Assembly: GCA_025603075.1 (NCBI GenBank)
Contig: MU626443.1
Location: 1-38,249 of the forward strand
DNA from: Neoconidiobolus thromboides FSU 785
Lineage: Eukaryota; Fungi; Entomophthoromycota
Reading direction: 5' to 3'
Length of the DNA: 38,249 nucleotides
Shown here: positions 20,955 through 32,761 of the stretch, piece after piece
Position numbering within the stretch: the first letter of the stretch is position 1
Layout of the letters: each line of letters begins with the position of its first letter
Notes under the pieces: generated by a model
Told to the model about the DNA's origin: nothing
The model's input: the letters and a program-made list of their open reading frames with translations, nothing else
The model's database searches: none
Position numbers and translations under genes: made by a program

Positions 20955-22658
20955 TTAAGATTCTTCCACTTTTAATTTTTTTTCAGAATTAATCACCTTG
21001 GAAGTGATAGGTGTTGAATCGCCTAAGTCCAATACTTTGGTAGTAGATAATAAATATCCAGCTTGTGCTGAAGTATTCATTTCCGGATGGGTACGTGATG
21101 GTAATACTTGATATTTTCTTAACCAAGACTCGGTAAGGATTGGATTTAAATATTGTTTCTCATCCTTTAATTTTATGCTAGTATTGATAAGTATCTAAAA
21201 AATATGTATTTAGATATAAGTTATATATTGGTTGAATTTCATATAAAGTAGTACCTCTTTGTGCATTGAATATACAACAATTGGTCTAGAAGGAGCTAAG
21301 AGTGGACTTAATTTAGCAATAATTGAATAAGGGTCTATAGTACTTGAAGCTATAAATAAACTAATTTAAAACAATGATAAGTAATTAAATAGTGACTATA
21401 ATTCAATTACCCATCAAAGTCCCCTTGATGCAATAACGCATGATTTTTAATAAAATCTTCTCGATTCTTTATCTTTTTTTGATTACGTACCTTAGCTACT
21501 TCGCTAATATTATCGGGGATAGGTTCCAACTCTTCTGGGACTAAAAAAATAAGAATATTAAAGTATATGAATAAAATAAGGTTACCATAATCTTTGCCAA
21601 ATTTTTCCCATCTTATAGTGAATAATGGATCCATTATTTTCTGTTCAAAATTATAATATCTTAATACATCAATATTTGCATAATCAGTATCATATAAATA
21701 TACGAGATGACCTAACCCTTAATAAAAAACGTCATTACACATGATGAATACAAACTACTGGAACTTACCTCCCATTCTATCCAAAATAGAAGATAATACT
21801 AATCCATTTGTATCCTCAACTACTAATATTTTTGAATTGGGTTGAACATTACCAATTGTTAGCATCTGTGATAAGGTATCCATACGTAAGTCTCTATCGA
21901 ATTACATTAAATCTAATAATACTGATATTCAACAAAATTTTTACTTTATCTTTGATGGATTTTTCAAGTGAAAGAATTCACAGATATTAAATGTCGAGGG
22001 CACTAAAGGAATAAAAAATCTCAAAAACCTAAATATATATTAATACAATGACATTGATTTTTAAATAAGTTTTACTTCTTTTCTTTTCTTTTGATATATT
22101 TGGCTTTAGAATATTCTGTTTTTTCATCAAACTTGGAGTGATTAGCTACTACATGTTCAATCACTTCCTAAAACTTCATTTCATAATTGTTTTATAAAAA
22201 CTGAAAACGACTTTTACCTTCGCAGTAGTATCTCCAGCTGTAATTTTATTCTTTAAAACTTCGATATCAGCCTGAGAAATCTTTTGATTTTCAGCATTAT
22301 CAACTATATGTTGATTATTCGCTTCCGTTTCAGCTATTTTTTTATGGAAAATCAACATCAAAACATCTCGAACTTTAAATTCATCTTACCAACTTCTTCA
22401 AAACTAAACTTATTTTGTGAAGATACTGCCCTTTCATTAATTATCTCGAATAAAAGCCCATATGGTTTGCCAATGATATCACTGGTGGGAAAACTACCAA
22501 ACTTGCCTAAGGAAACGGTACTATAAAGTAATATAAGACATTGCTAAATCTTCTTTAAATGGATTCAATTACCCCTTCTCTTTAATAACAACCATCTTCT
22601 GATTGGTACTTGGCATTTTAAGCATCACATAATCGCCCACCTTAATTACTTGGCTCAT
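20955..22658 (-). CDS. TRM6: tRNA m1A58 methyltransferase non-catalytic subunit Trm6/Gcd10 (multi-exon)
   Basis: Spliced translation: MSQVIKVGDYVMLKMPSTNQKMVVIKEKGTVSLGKFGSFPTSDIIGKPYG...NNQHIVDNAENQKISQADIEVLK...KFDEKTEYSKAKYIKRKEKK...RMDTLSQML...TESWLRKYQVLPSRTHPEMNTSAQAGYLLSTTKV...KVEES*. Confidence 0.9.
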
Positions 22659-22825
22659 GTTTTAATTTTTTGGAATTAGTTTGTCGAAAAAAAATGAAGT
22701 TTGAAATTAATTTCTCTCTTTAGTCCATCCTTTGCAAACTAATTCCCCGCAATAAGAATAAAAGAAAGAAATTTCTAAAATTCTACTTTTTTATCATCAC
22801 TTTTTTGATTTTTAATAATTTTACA

Positions 22826-23588
22826 ATGCCTTTATTTGAAACGGATAGCAGTATAGCTCTACAAGAGAATCCATGCTCTTATTTTAATTTAACTTGGGAA
22901 CAAAGAATGTATGGTTTTTTAATTTGTTTTATTGCTGGGTTTATTGTTTCAATATTGGTATGTTTTATTAACAATATTAATCTTTAAATTAACCCTCTTT
23001 TTCTTAGTCTGTTATTTCGCTTTCTTCATTGAATATTCATGGTTTTGCTATTTTATATTGTCTTGGTAATATACTATGCCTTTTAAGGTACTTTTTTATA
23101 TATTCATAAATTCATGGTTTTTAAAGACTTGAATTAGTTCTATGTTCTTAATAGGTTTCGCAAGACAACTCAAAATGATGACAGCACCAGGTAAATTATT
23201 TTTTGTCTTGAAATTTTTCATTTCTAATGATTTTGTTAAGTACGGTTGGTAGCTTTTATTATCTATATTGTAGCTTTAATTGTCACTTTAGTTATGGCTA
23301 TTTGGGTATTTTTTTACTTTTGCTTTTTTAAATAATAGTATTTACTGACTTTATTAGTTAAAATCCATTTTACTTACCATCATCCTTATGATTATTCAGT
23401 TTTTGGCACTTTTGTGGTATTGGTAATGTTGATTTTTAAAATTTTTGGCTTATTTTTCTAATCTTTGTTCTTTTTTAGTGCGTCTTATGTTCCATTTGCA
23501 AGGTAATAAGATTTTATTATTACTATTGATGATTATTTATTTTCTTTTTAGGAGGATGATAAAGAATGTGTTTTCAAGTATTGTTTAA
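22826..23588 (+). CDS. SFT2: Got1/Sft2-family vesicle transport protein (multi-exon)
   Basis: MPLFETDSS...FNLTWEQRMYGFLICFIAG...FAILYCLGNILCL...QLKMMTAPG...YSASYVPFARRMIKNVFSSIV*, which matches the SFT2D-type four-TM pattern. Confidence 0.85.
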
Positions 23589-23809
23589 AAACTTTTCCAG
23601 GAGACTGCTTATATATAAATATAATACTTTTTTGAAACTTTATCATTTTTTATTTTTAAAATAAAGCTTGACTAATACATATTCAACATTAATAAATAAA
23701 AACGATATTATAAAACAATAAAATTTTATTTTAATCTAGGTTTAACTTAAAAGCCTATATAATTTTAAATCTTATTTGTACCTTCTTACTAGCTTCTTTG
23801 TAATTTTGA

Positions 23810-24717
23810 TTATTCTACATTTGAAGCAAAATAAACTCCTTCCTATAAATAAATATCAATATCAATCCTTAAACGTATTAAAAAAACTTCACCTGAGCCC
23901 TCCAATAAGTACTTTCATCTGCCTTTTTTTTACCAAAGATTTCCAACTGTCCTTGTATAGGATGTGGAAATACATGTTTCTTATCACTAGCTAAATATTT
24001 TTTAGTATCTACATGTAAAAATTGAATTTTATTTTCTCTGGTCCAATAAGTTTCTTGACAGATTAATTGCCAGTTGTCACCTTTTTCCCATAAAAAGCTG
24101 TTAGTTAAAGACGAAATTAGATTCAATAAATTATTACCTTGGTCGTTGCCCGCAAAGCAAGATACTTCTTGATTGGAGGATAATGGTGATTCATGAATAT
24201 GTGAATGCAAATAAGATCCTGTATTTAGATGGGATAAATTTATTATACTACCACATTTCACTGGAGTACTGTTGAAATAATAATTTAAATCATTTAATTA
24301 CAAAATAATTGAAAAGCTTACCCATTCTCAACCCCTTTTTTACCAACTTCTGTTCTTACTGTCCAAAAACTATCATGATCATCCTGCTTATTAAGACCAG
24401 TTACAATCTGCTGACCACTGCCAGAACCTTGAATATGTTAATCTGAAAGGCTCTATTCTATCAATTTATTTAAGTTACCATATTGTGCATTTAAAGAATG
24501 CAACTTATAACCAGTATCCGAATGAGTAAGTTTAATCAAACTTCCAAAGGTAACATACTCGAAGCCTAATAACTATTAATATTTGACAAATTCATACGGT
24601 TTTATTTCTACCTTTATTTGGTACTGGTAATTCGGATTCTGGGTTATCTTGACCTGTACTTGATTGTACAAAATTCAATAAAAAATAAATCGTAATTGAA
24701 GAGAATAGTATCAACAT
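23810..24717 (-). CDS. SDF2: SDF2-like secreted MIR-domain ER protein (multi-exon)
   Basis: Signal peptide MLILFSSITIYFLL, then VTFGSLIKLTHSDTGYKLHSLNAQYGSGSGQQIVTG, VKCGSIINLSHLNTGSYLHSHIHESPLSSNQEVSCF, DNWQLIC, and GQLEIFG...WRAQEGVYFASNVE*. This merges ORF-track entries 23878-24261 and 24592-24807. Confidence 0.9.
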
Positions 24718-25325
24718 ATTGATAATTAATAGACTGTTGCTTTTATTTTCTTGTTGCTTTGTCAAAGTTGTTTCGTTACTTTTACTCCCTTCCTTCTGGG
24801 TCATCAAAAATTGATCAAATTTGGTAAACTTTTGGTTTCTGTAGTTTAGGTGGCTTATGTAAGGGTTTGATTGGCAGACTGAGTTTAATGCTTTAAATTC
24901 GATAAGATTGTTTAAAAAAAATCAAAACTTGTAAATAAAATATGGAGAGCATTTAAAAAACTATTTACTCGTTTATTTCTTCACTAATCCTAAATAGTAT
25001 AATTAATTTAATTTAGTATAGCTTTGGAGTTGTGAAAAAATGTCAATAGCTAAGATGAATCTTTATTAAAAAGCAATAATTTGAGGTATAAACTGAATAC
25101 CTAAAATTTAAGTAAATTTAATATATTAATTAGATAATACATAATAAACTAGCTCTGACCATACAAAAAAACTAATATTGCTTTTAATTGATCAATTAAA
25201 CATAGTATTAAAAGTAGTATTATTATATAGTGAGCCATAATAAGTTTTTCAAAAATATTAAGGTTGTTCGTTTATAATAATATAAATTTAAGAAATTTGT
25301 AAAGTTACTTTTAAAATAAAAAGTG

Positions 25326-25399
25326 TGCTTCAGCCCAGGTTCGAACTGGAGACCTTCACCTTGTAAGGGTGACGTGATAACCAACTACACTACCGAAGC
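25326..25399 (-). tRNA. tRNA-Val (anticodon UAC), no intron
   Basis: GCTTCGG-TA-GTGTAGTTGGTTATCAC-G-TCACC-CTTACAA-GGTGA-AGGTC-TCCAG-TTCGAAC-CTGGG-CTGAAGC-A folds as a full cloverleaf; a TTTT Pol III terminator follows. Confidence 0.95.
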
Positions 25400-26001
25400 A
25401 ACTTTTAATAATGGTAAAATTAAAAGTACATAAATTATAACTTAACTCAAAGCTTGATATTATACTTAAATTATATAAAGTTTGTAATCAACATTACTAT
25501 CGCTTACAAAAGGATGATACATGTATGATATTTCACTCAATTAAGCTATATGTTAAAAGATATGCATTTGTTTTTCTATTTTATAAAGTAACTAAAAGAT
25601 TGATTTTAGTTTGGTGTATTTATTGAACATTTAAATTACATTTCTTTAAAATAGAATTTGTAAAATAATTTGTCATTTTAATGTGCTTTTAACTTTAAAT
25701 GGAACTTCAAACTTTAATGGATTTATTTCTGATTATATTAATTTGAATTTAATACACATAAATATGATGAGCTTATCTTTGAGAAGATTTAATAAATAGG
25801 ATGGGTTTCAAAGGAAAGCATCACTTTTAATTTCAAAATAAAATCCACTGTTGATGTTTGTCTTATAATAAAATAAGATCTCTCAAACCATTGATATTTT
25901 TTATCGCTTTTGTATACTAATTGTTAAAATTTCCTTTGTTTCTTTATTAAAATAAAAGCATTGTTAATACCTGAGATTAGGAGAGTCAAAAAAACAACCC
26001 T

Positions 26002-26096
26002 AAGAGTTTTTTTGATTTCATTATTTTTTCCATTTTTCAAGCACTATTTGAGTGGAAAGATTGTTAATAAAATTATAAACAAAAAAATATATCCCT
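26002..26096 (+). mobile_element. MITE copy M (decayed termini)
   Basis: Internal sequence TTTCCATTTTTCAAGCACTATTTGAGTGGAAAGATTG; an inverted terminal fragment sits at about 25983-26001. Confidence 0.75.
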
Positions 26097-26337
26097 CCTC
26101 TCAATGAATTTCTAAAAATAAATAGCTTTTAGGATCTAACCAATTAGGCTATTCTTTTGATCGAGTGGCCTAATTTTCATTGGTGTAATTCAAAAATAGA
26201 AGCAACTTTACTTAAAACAGAAAGATAATAATAGAAATTCCCAATAAAGATAAAATAAAATAAATAATTGATTTTTTTATATCCCCTATCTGCTTTTATC
26301 AATTTAATAATAGTTAACGTCAATAAGATTCAAGAAG

Positions 26338-28107
26338 ATGAAAAATGAAATAGAAAGTTACGATACTATTGATGGCTTTTTATTAAGTGCAATCAAAATA
26401 CCTAAGGATCGACTATTTTTATTGAAATTAGATAAAGAATTGGAAGCGTTTATTTTAGATGAGAGGTAGTATTTTATTATTTATTAACTAGATAAAAGTA
26501 ATTTAATTGATGAATTTATTTGATATATTATTAGTCGTACTGAATTGGAGTTTCCACAAATGAATTCTTATCAAAGAAGAGTGATTCACCGTATTGCTGA
26601 TTATTTTAAATTGGAACATAACTTGGATAAAATTAAAAAGACGATGATATTAAATAAAACAGGATTAAGTGAAATGTAAGTTTTATTTATGAATTATTGT
26701 TGTAATAGCATATTAACAATAACACTAATACCTAGACCAATAATACGTATCAGTGATTTAATTGAAAATGAAGTCGAAACTCCAACCATATCATTAAAAA
26801 TTATGCAAAGAAAGAATGGGAATACTATTGACAAAAAAGAATTAACCAAAAAGGAAGCTAATTTAGAAAAAGAATTACAACTAAGACTAGAATTAAGAGA
26901 AGCAAGATATCAAGAAGCGAGGGCTCGTATATTTAATCAAAGTCCAACTTCAAGTATTGCTTCTGTAGAATCAAAGATTTCAAATCTTCAGTTGGATACT
27001 TGTTCACAAACCAGTGATGATAAAAACAGTGAAATTAGAGACTCAACAAGTGTAAGCACTAGTGTTAGAAGTACAAATGGAAATAGTATCAATAGTAATA
27101 ATAATAATAGTAATGATAAATTAAATGGACAAAGCGAAAATAGTAATAATAGTAATCAGCTAAATTTAAAAGCAGAAAATAATAATGATAATTATAATAA
27201 TGATAGTAATAATTATTATTATAAACAGCCACAACAACAGTCATATTATATGAGTAATCCGGTGAATTCATACAATTCAAATTATACTACTACTAATAAT
27301 GTACAACAATCGCCACCATTTTATTATCCATACGATCCTAATTATAATTATAATTATTATCCAGAAAATAGTTTGAATGAAAATGAATATAAATATTCTA
27401 ATTATAATAACAATAATATATCCTCTCCTTCAACACAATATAATCCAAATCAAGATTTAAAGTATTATAATTATAATGGCAATTATAGTAATTATAGTGA
27501 TAGTTATAATAATAATAGTAATGTTTATTATTATAATTATAATTATAATATGATGAGTTATAGTAGTGAATTTGAACGACGAAAACCAGTGAGAGGTAGG
27601 GAATTATTTGATCCTAATAATCCAAAATTTAATAATAATGGAAATAATAATGTTAAGATTAATAATAATGGAATCAAGAATATCAATAGTAATCCTAATT
27701 TTAAGAATACATATAAAAAATATCATAGTAACAATCGTAATAACCCAACATTACAAAAAAAAACGAGTATTAATGAAAAAGGATTATTATATGAATATAG
27801 TGGGGATAGTTATGAAGGTGTCAAACCTACAGATATACCTAGTTTACCACAACATATAATTGAAATTGAAAATATTAATGTTGAAAATTTGGTATGCTTG
27901 AAATTAATAGATGATAAAAAATGGAATATTTTAAAAAAAATTGACAAGAAATTAGATAACAAAATGCTGTTAATATTTAAAAATAAAGAGTTTGCTAATA
28001 CCTTTTTAAATAATTTTGATAAGGAGAATAAATGGGGTATAATTACAAAACGTTGGTGTCCTAAATTAGAAACTGAAGAAAATGATAACAATAAACTAAC
28101 AACATAA
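26338..28107 (+). CDS. R3H + SUZ domain RNA-binding protein (Rbs1/ARPP21/R3HDM-like), three exons
   Basis: Exon 1 MKNEIESYDTIDGFLLSAIKIPKDRLFLLKLDKELEAFI; exon 2 has the R3H motif FPQMNSYQRRVIHRIADYFKLEH; exon 3 has the SUZ motif KIMQR...REARYQEARARIFN, then an N/Y-rich low-complexity region. Confidence 0.88.
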
Positions 28108-28955
28108 GTTAGATATGGAATTATTCTATTGGTTCATAAATTGATGATAAGCGTGTATTGTTATTAATAATTGAGGACTAACAATTTTATTTTTATATTA
28201 TTTCTTTATTCTTTATAATATCTTCTTTATAAAAGCTAACCTCCTTTTTTTATTAACTATTATTATTATTATTATTATTATTTATTATTATTTTTAGTTA
28301 AAAGATAAAGTAAGTAAGATCAGCATGTAATTATTAATATGTTAATTTTATACAGAATAATTGTATATGTTAGTTTTAATAATTGTTGATATTATTTCGC
28401 TAATAAATAGTCAAATTCAATTTTTATCAAAATACAAGATAAATACTACTTTATATATTAAGTTATTAAAAGATCAATCATACATTTATATGATAAAAAG
28501 TGCTCTTATAAATAGAATCATCCTTTTTAGAATATAATGACTATTATCCTCCTATTATTTAAAAGGAATTAATGATCTGTTGTAAGCCTCTATTTTTAAA
28601 ATTGAATGTAAATTTTGATTTAAAACAATGTAGTTTATAGAATTAAGTTTATAGATACTATTAGTTTAAAACTACCAAATTATTTAAAGAATATAGTAAA
28701 ATAGATTTATCATATAAATAACTGGAGTTAATGTTTATTGAAATTAAAAGAAAGAAATAAAATAATAAAGTTTTTTTATTACTTTTTAGTCTTGTTAAAA
28801 AGACAATAATTCATGTCATCATACCAATAAAGAGTTGCTTTTAATTGGTCCATGATTTCAATAAAAAACTATAAATTTTAAATTTTAAATTCAAAATAAC
28901 ATCTACCATTTTTCAATATAGTCCAACTTTATTAATAAATAAAAAAGCAAAAACG

Positions 28956-30015
28956 ATGAGTTATTTACGCTTGTTTATAAAACCAACAAAATCATTACTC
29001 AATCTTCGTCCCATCACAACAGTTCTTCCGCAATCAACTCATAAGTTATTATTTTCCTTTCAATATTCAAGTAAAAAAAATAAATCAAAATCAAAATCAA
29101 AATTTGAAGAAAAAGAATATAAAGATGATATTGAGTTACCAAAAGAAATAGTAGAAATTGATCTAAATATTTATTCAGATAAAATGGAAGTGAATTTAAC
29201 TCATTTAGAAAAGGAATTAACTGGTTTAAAAATCGGTCGAGCTAATCCAGGTAATATAATATTATATAATAAATATATGAGGATAGGAGTAATAATAAAG
29301 GGAGAATTGAAAATTTAATATTAACATTGATATTTTTTGTATTTTAGCTATCCTTGATAAAGTACAAATTGATACTGGAGATGAATATGGTATTGTACCA
29401 TTGAAACAATTAGGACAAGTTAGCATTAAAGATAATCAAACCTTAACTATTCAATTATTTGAAGATAAGGTAAAATTACAATAATAATCTATTTTATATG
29501 TCATTTTAATTTTAATTTTATAAATTAGTTTTTAAAAGTAGTAGAAAAGAGTATCTTAACATCTAAACTTAATTTAACCCCAATTATTAATAACAATAAA
29601 ATCAATGTGCCTATACCAAAGTAAGTCGAATAGAAACAAGATTATTGTTTTTATATTTATTATATTAGATACTAATTATAATCCGTTTTAATTAGATTAA
29701 CAAGTGAAACACGGGAACAATTAATTAAACAAGTACATTTAATTGGAGAAAATAATAAACTGAAGTTAAGAAATATTCGACAAAGTGGGATGAAACAAAT
29801 ACAAACTATTAAGAAAAAGAAAAATTCAGGGATTTCAGCAGATGAAATCAAAAATCTAGAAAAAGAGGTAAGTTATATTGTTTAACTTTATAGAAGAATA
29901 GTAGCTAATTAATAACATTTATTTATTTTTGTTTTAGTTACAAAGTATATTAGAAAGTAATAATAAAAAAGTCGATACTTTAGTTAATGATAAAATTAAA
30001 GTTATTAAAAGTTAA
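28956..30015 (+). CDS. RRF1: Mitochondrial ribosome recycling factor (multi-exon)
   Basis: Basic presequence, then LEKELTGLKIGRANPAILDKVQI...VPLKQLGQVSIKDNQTLTIQLFED...LNLTPI...VPIPK...RNIRQSGMK...DEIKNLEKELQ. Confidence 0.9.
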
Positions 30016-30293
30016 AGGGCAATCATAGTGAAATGGACTTTTAATAGATTCAGATTCAAACAATAAGAAAATAAATCAAACTTTTTAATAATCTATTTTA
30101 TTTATTTTTAATACTTGACTTTTATATCAATTTCATAAACTAATCCCATAAAATAATCTCAATTTAGTAATAATTTAAAGAACCAATAAACTTATCGAAA
30201 AATAGTAAAAGTTTCCAAGTTTCCATTAGTCACTTAAACTTCAGTTTTATTACTATTTCTTAGTATAAAATCTTAATATCGCAACTAACAACT

Positions 30294-31225
30294 ATGTCCA
30301 AGGATCTTTCTTATATTAAAAGTAAAATAGCTACTGTACCTGATTTTCCAAAAGAAGTAATTATCTATTCAATTTAGAAATATAAAAAGTAAGATTTTGA
30401 TGAATTTTTTATTAGGGTATCATTTTCAGAGATATTTTTCCAATATTTCAAGATCCATTAGCAGTAGAATATTTAATTAATCATTTAATTAATCATATTA
30501 TTACTACTAATGAACAAAAAATTGATGTAATTGTTGGTAAGTTAAATATTTTCTTTATTCTCTTCTAATTCGTACCTTTCTATTCGCATGAATATATATA
30601 ATATCCTTAAGACTATATAACTTATAATTTAAGGATTCAAATCTAACTTCAAATCTACAATTTAGGTTTAGATGCTCGTGGTTTTCTATTAGGTCCCATT
30701 TTAGCATTAAGATTAAATGCTAGTTTTGTACCTGTACGTAAAAGAGGAAAATTATGTGGAGAAGTCATTTCAGCTGAATATGTCAAAGAATATGGTGTGG
30801 TAAGCTTAGTAGTAAACACTAAATAATGAATTTATTTTTTAATTTGTTATTATCTTTATTTTTAGGATACTTTTGAAATGCAAAAAGAAGCTATCAAAAA
30901 AGGTCAAAATGTTATCATAATTGATGATTTGATTGCTACAGGTAAATTTTGAAATTGTTAGTATTTATTTCGAATTCTTTATGTTAATCATTTCTTTCTT
31001 TATCCTTATCTTTACCTTAGGTGGTAGTGCCTTTGCTGCTGGTAAGTTTTTTTGTTTTCTTATAATAATAACAATGATCATTAACATGATATTTTTAAAT
31101 AAATAGGTGAATTAGTTTCAAAAAACGGGGGTAATTTAATCGAGTATTTATTTATTATTGAATTACTTGAACTTAATGGAAAAGAGAAATTAAATAACAA
31201 AGTTTATTCTTGTATTCAATATTAA
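30294..31225 (+). CDS. APT1: Adenine phosphoribosyltransferase (multi-exon)
   Basis: [52 protein letters not shown], the PRPP-binding motif [12 protein letters not shown], and [10 protein letters not shown]. Confidence 0.96.
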
Positions 31226-31358
31226 ATAAAAATATTAAGAATATGTGAAATAAATAAGTCAATTAAAATGATTGGCTCAAATTTAAAGCTTTGTATATTT
31301 TGATAATATTTTAATTTTTATGAAGTATTTTTGTAAAGTATTATTTTCAAAATAAAAA

Positions 31359-32636
31359 ATGAATATTAAGGAATTAAATTACAATGCATCCGAAGAAGAG
31401 AAATATAAAATTGAAATTAATATTAATGAATTAAATAATGAATTAAATTGTATTCAAAATAAAATTATAGATTTAGTAAGTTAAATAATACTTTATTTTA
31501 CTTTTAATTAGTAATTTTGAATTCATTTTTATAATAAATATAGGTTCAATTAAATACTGATAACTTATATCAACCTATTGAAAGTTTATTAAATGTTTCT
31601 AAAAAAATAGAATTAATTCAACAACAGTTTTTTTATTTAATGGAAAACATTAATAGGTAAATTAATAACTTAATTTCAATACTTTTATTAACAAATTCTA
31701 AATCTCTTAATCTACTTTGTAAATCTATTAATTCATCTAATAATTTATTAATTCACTTTTTTTCTTCTATTTAGTATCAAATTAAAAACAACATCCAGTT
31801 CTATAATCTTAGAAAAAAAGATTCAATTATTACAACGATTTACTTTATTATCTCAAATATTAAGAGATATTTTAAGAAAAAATCAATTGATAATGGGATT
31901 ATTTCATTTAACTTTAGATAATGAAGAGACTTGTATTTATATCAATAAAATTGGTAAGTTTTATTATTAATATATTAACTATTTTATTATATTATTTATT
32001 ATTATTTATTATTATTTATTATTATTTATTATTATTTATTATTATTTATTATTATTTATTATTATTTATTATTATTTATTATTATTAAAATAAGTAAATT
32101 ATGATTTCAATGGAATAACTAATATTAAATTTTTATTTTTATTTTTTAGAAGATAAAATTAATTTTAATAATTCCAAATTAACAATGATCTTACCATTGA
32201 TCTCTTATTTAAATTATCGAAAAAAAAATAATTATTTATTAAGTTTCAATCATATATTATCGGGATTAAATTGGAAGGTAATATTCTATTATTATTGTTT
32301 TTTATTTTCTTGTTTTTATTATTTTCTTTCTAATATTATTTTGTTTTATATTATATTCAGGATAATCTGTTACTTTCTAAGGGTTTAAATAATATTGAAA
32401 ATTTAAATTTAATATTTCAACTAAAAAAAGAATTAATTAATAAAAATCAATTCAATTTTTTATTAAATTATATCAATCAATTAATACAATCTTATGAAAA
32501 TAATAAAAATGGTAGCTATTATATTATTATGTTCTATTATTATATACTAATCAATTTACTTCTTATAGATAAGAATAACAATCAAGCCACTTTATTCTAT
32601 TGGAAACAATGGTCTAATAGATTAACTAATATATAA
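31359..32636 (+). CDS. Helical protein of about 250 aa, six predicted exons, resembling the COG5 N-terminal region
   Basis: Exons join in frame via GT-AG introns (MNIKELNY...YWKQWSNRLTNI*). The patterns LQRFTLLSQILRDILR and ILSGLNWKDNLLLSKGLNNIENL resemble COG5 by eye only. Confidence 0.5.
31991..32086. repeat. Intronic 10-bp tandem repeat (ATTATTTATT)n
   Basis: Nine perfect copies plus a partial one, inside the 31954-32149 intron. Confidence 0.95.
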
Positions 32637-32761
32637 AATAAAAATAAAAATAAAAATAAAAAGAAGTTTTTTTTTATTTTTTTTTATTGAATTTAATAAT
32701 ACTAATAATAAATGATCTTTAATAACATAATATAATATACAGTGGATTTTTCTATTACAAA

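Noticed and set aside
26142-26175. AATTAGGC...GCCTAATT inverted repeat and a recurring GGCCTAA motif (also near 20655 and 35815)
   Set aside because: Too short and too few occurrences to distinguish from chance.
27089-28091. ORFs 27089-27280, 27608-27859 and 27810-28091
   Set aside because: Shadow frames of the low-complexity R3H-SUZ exon.
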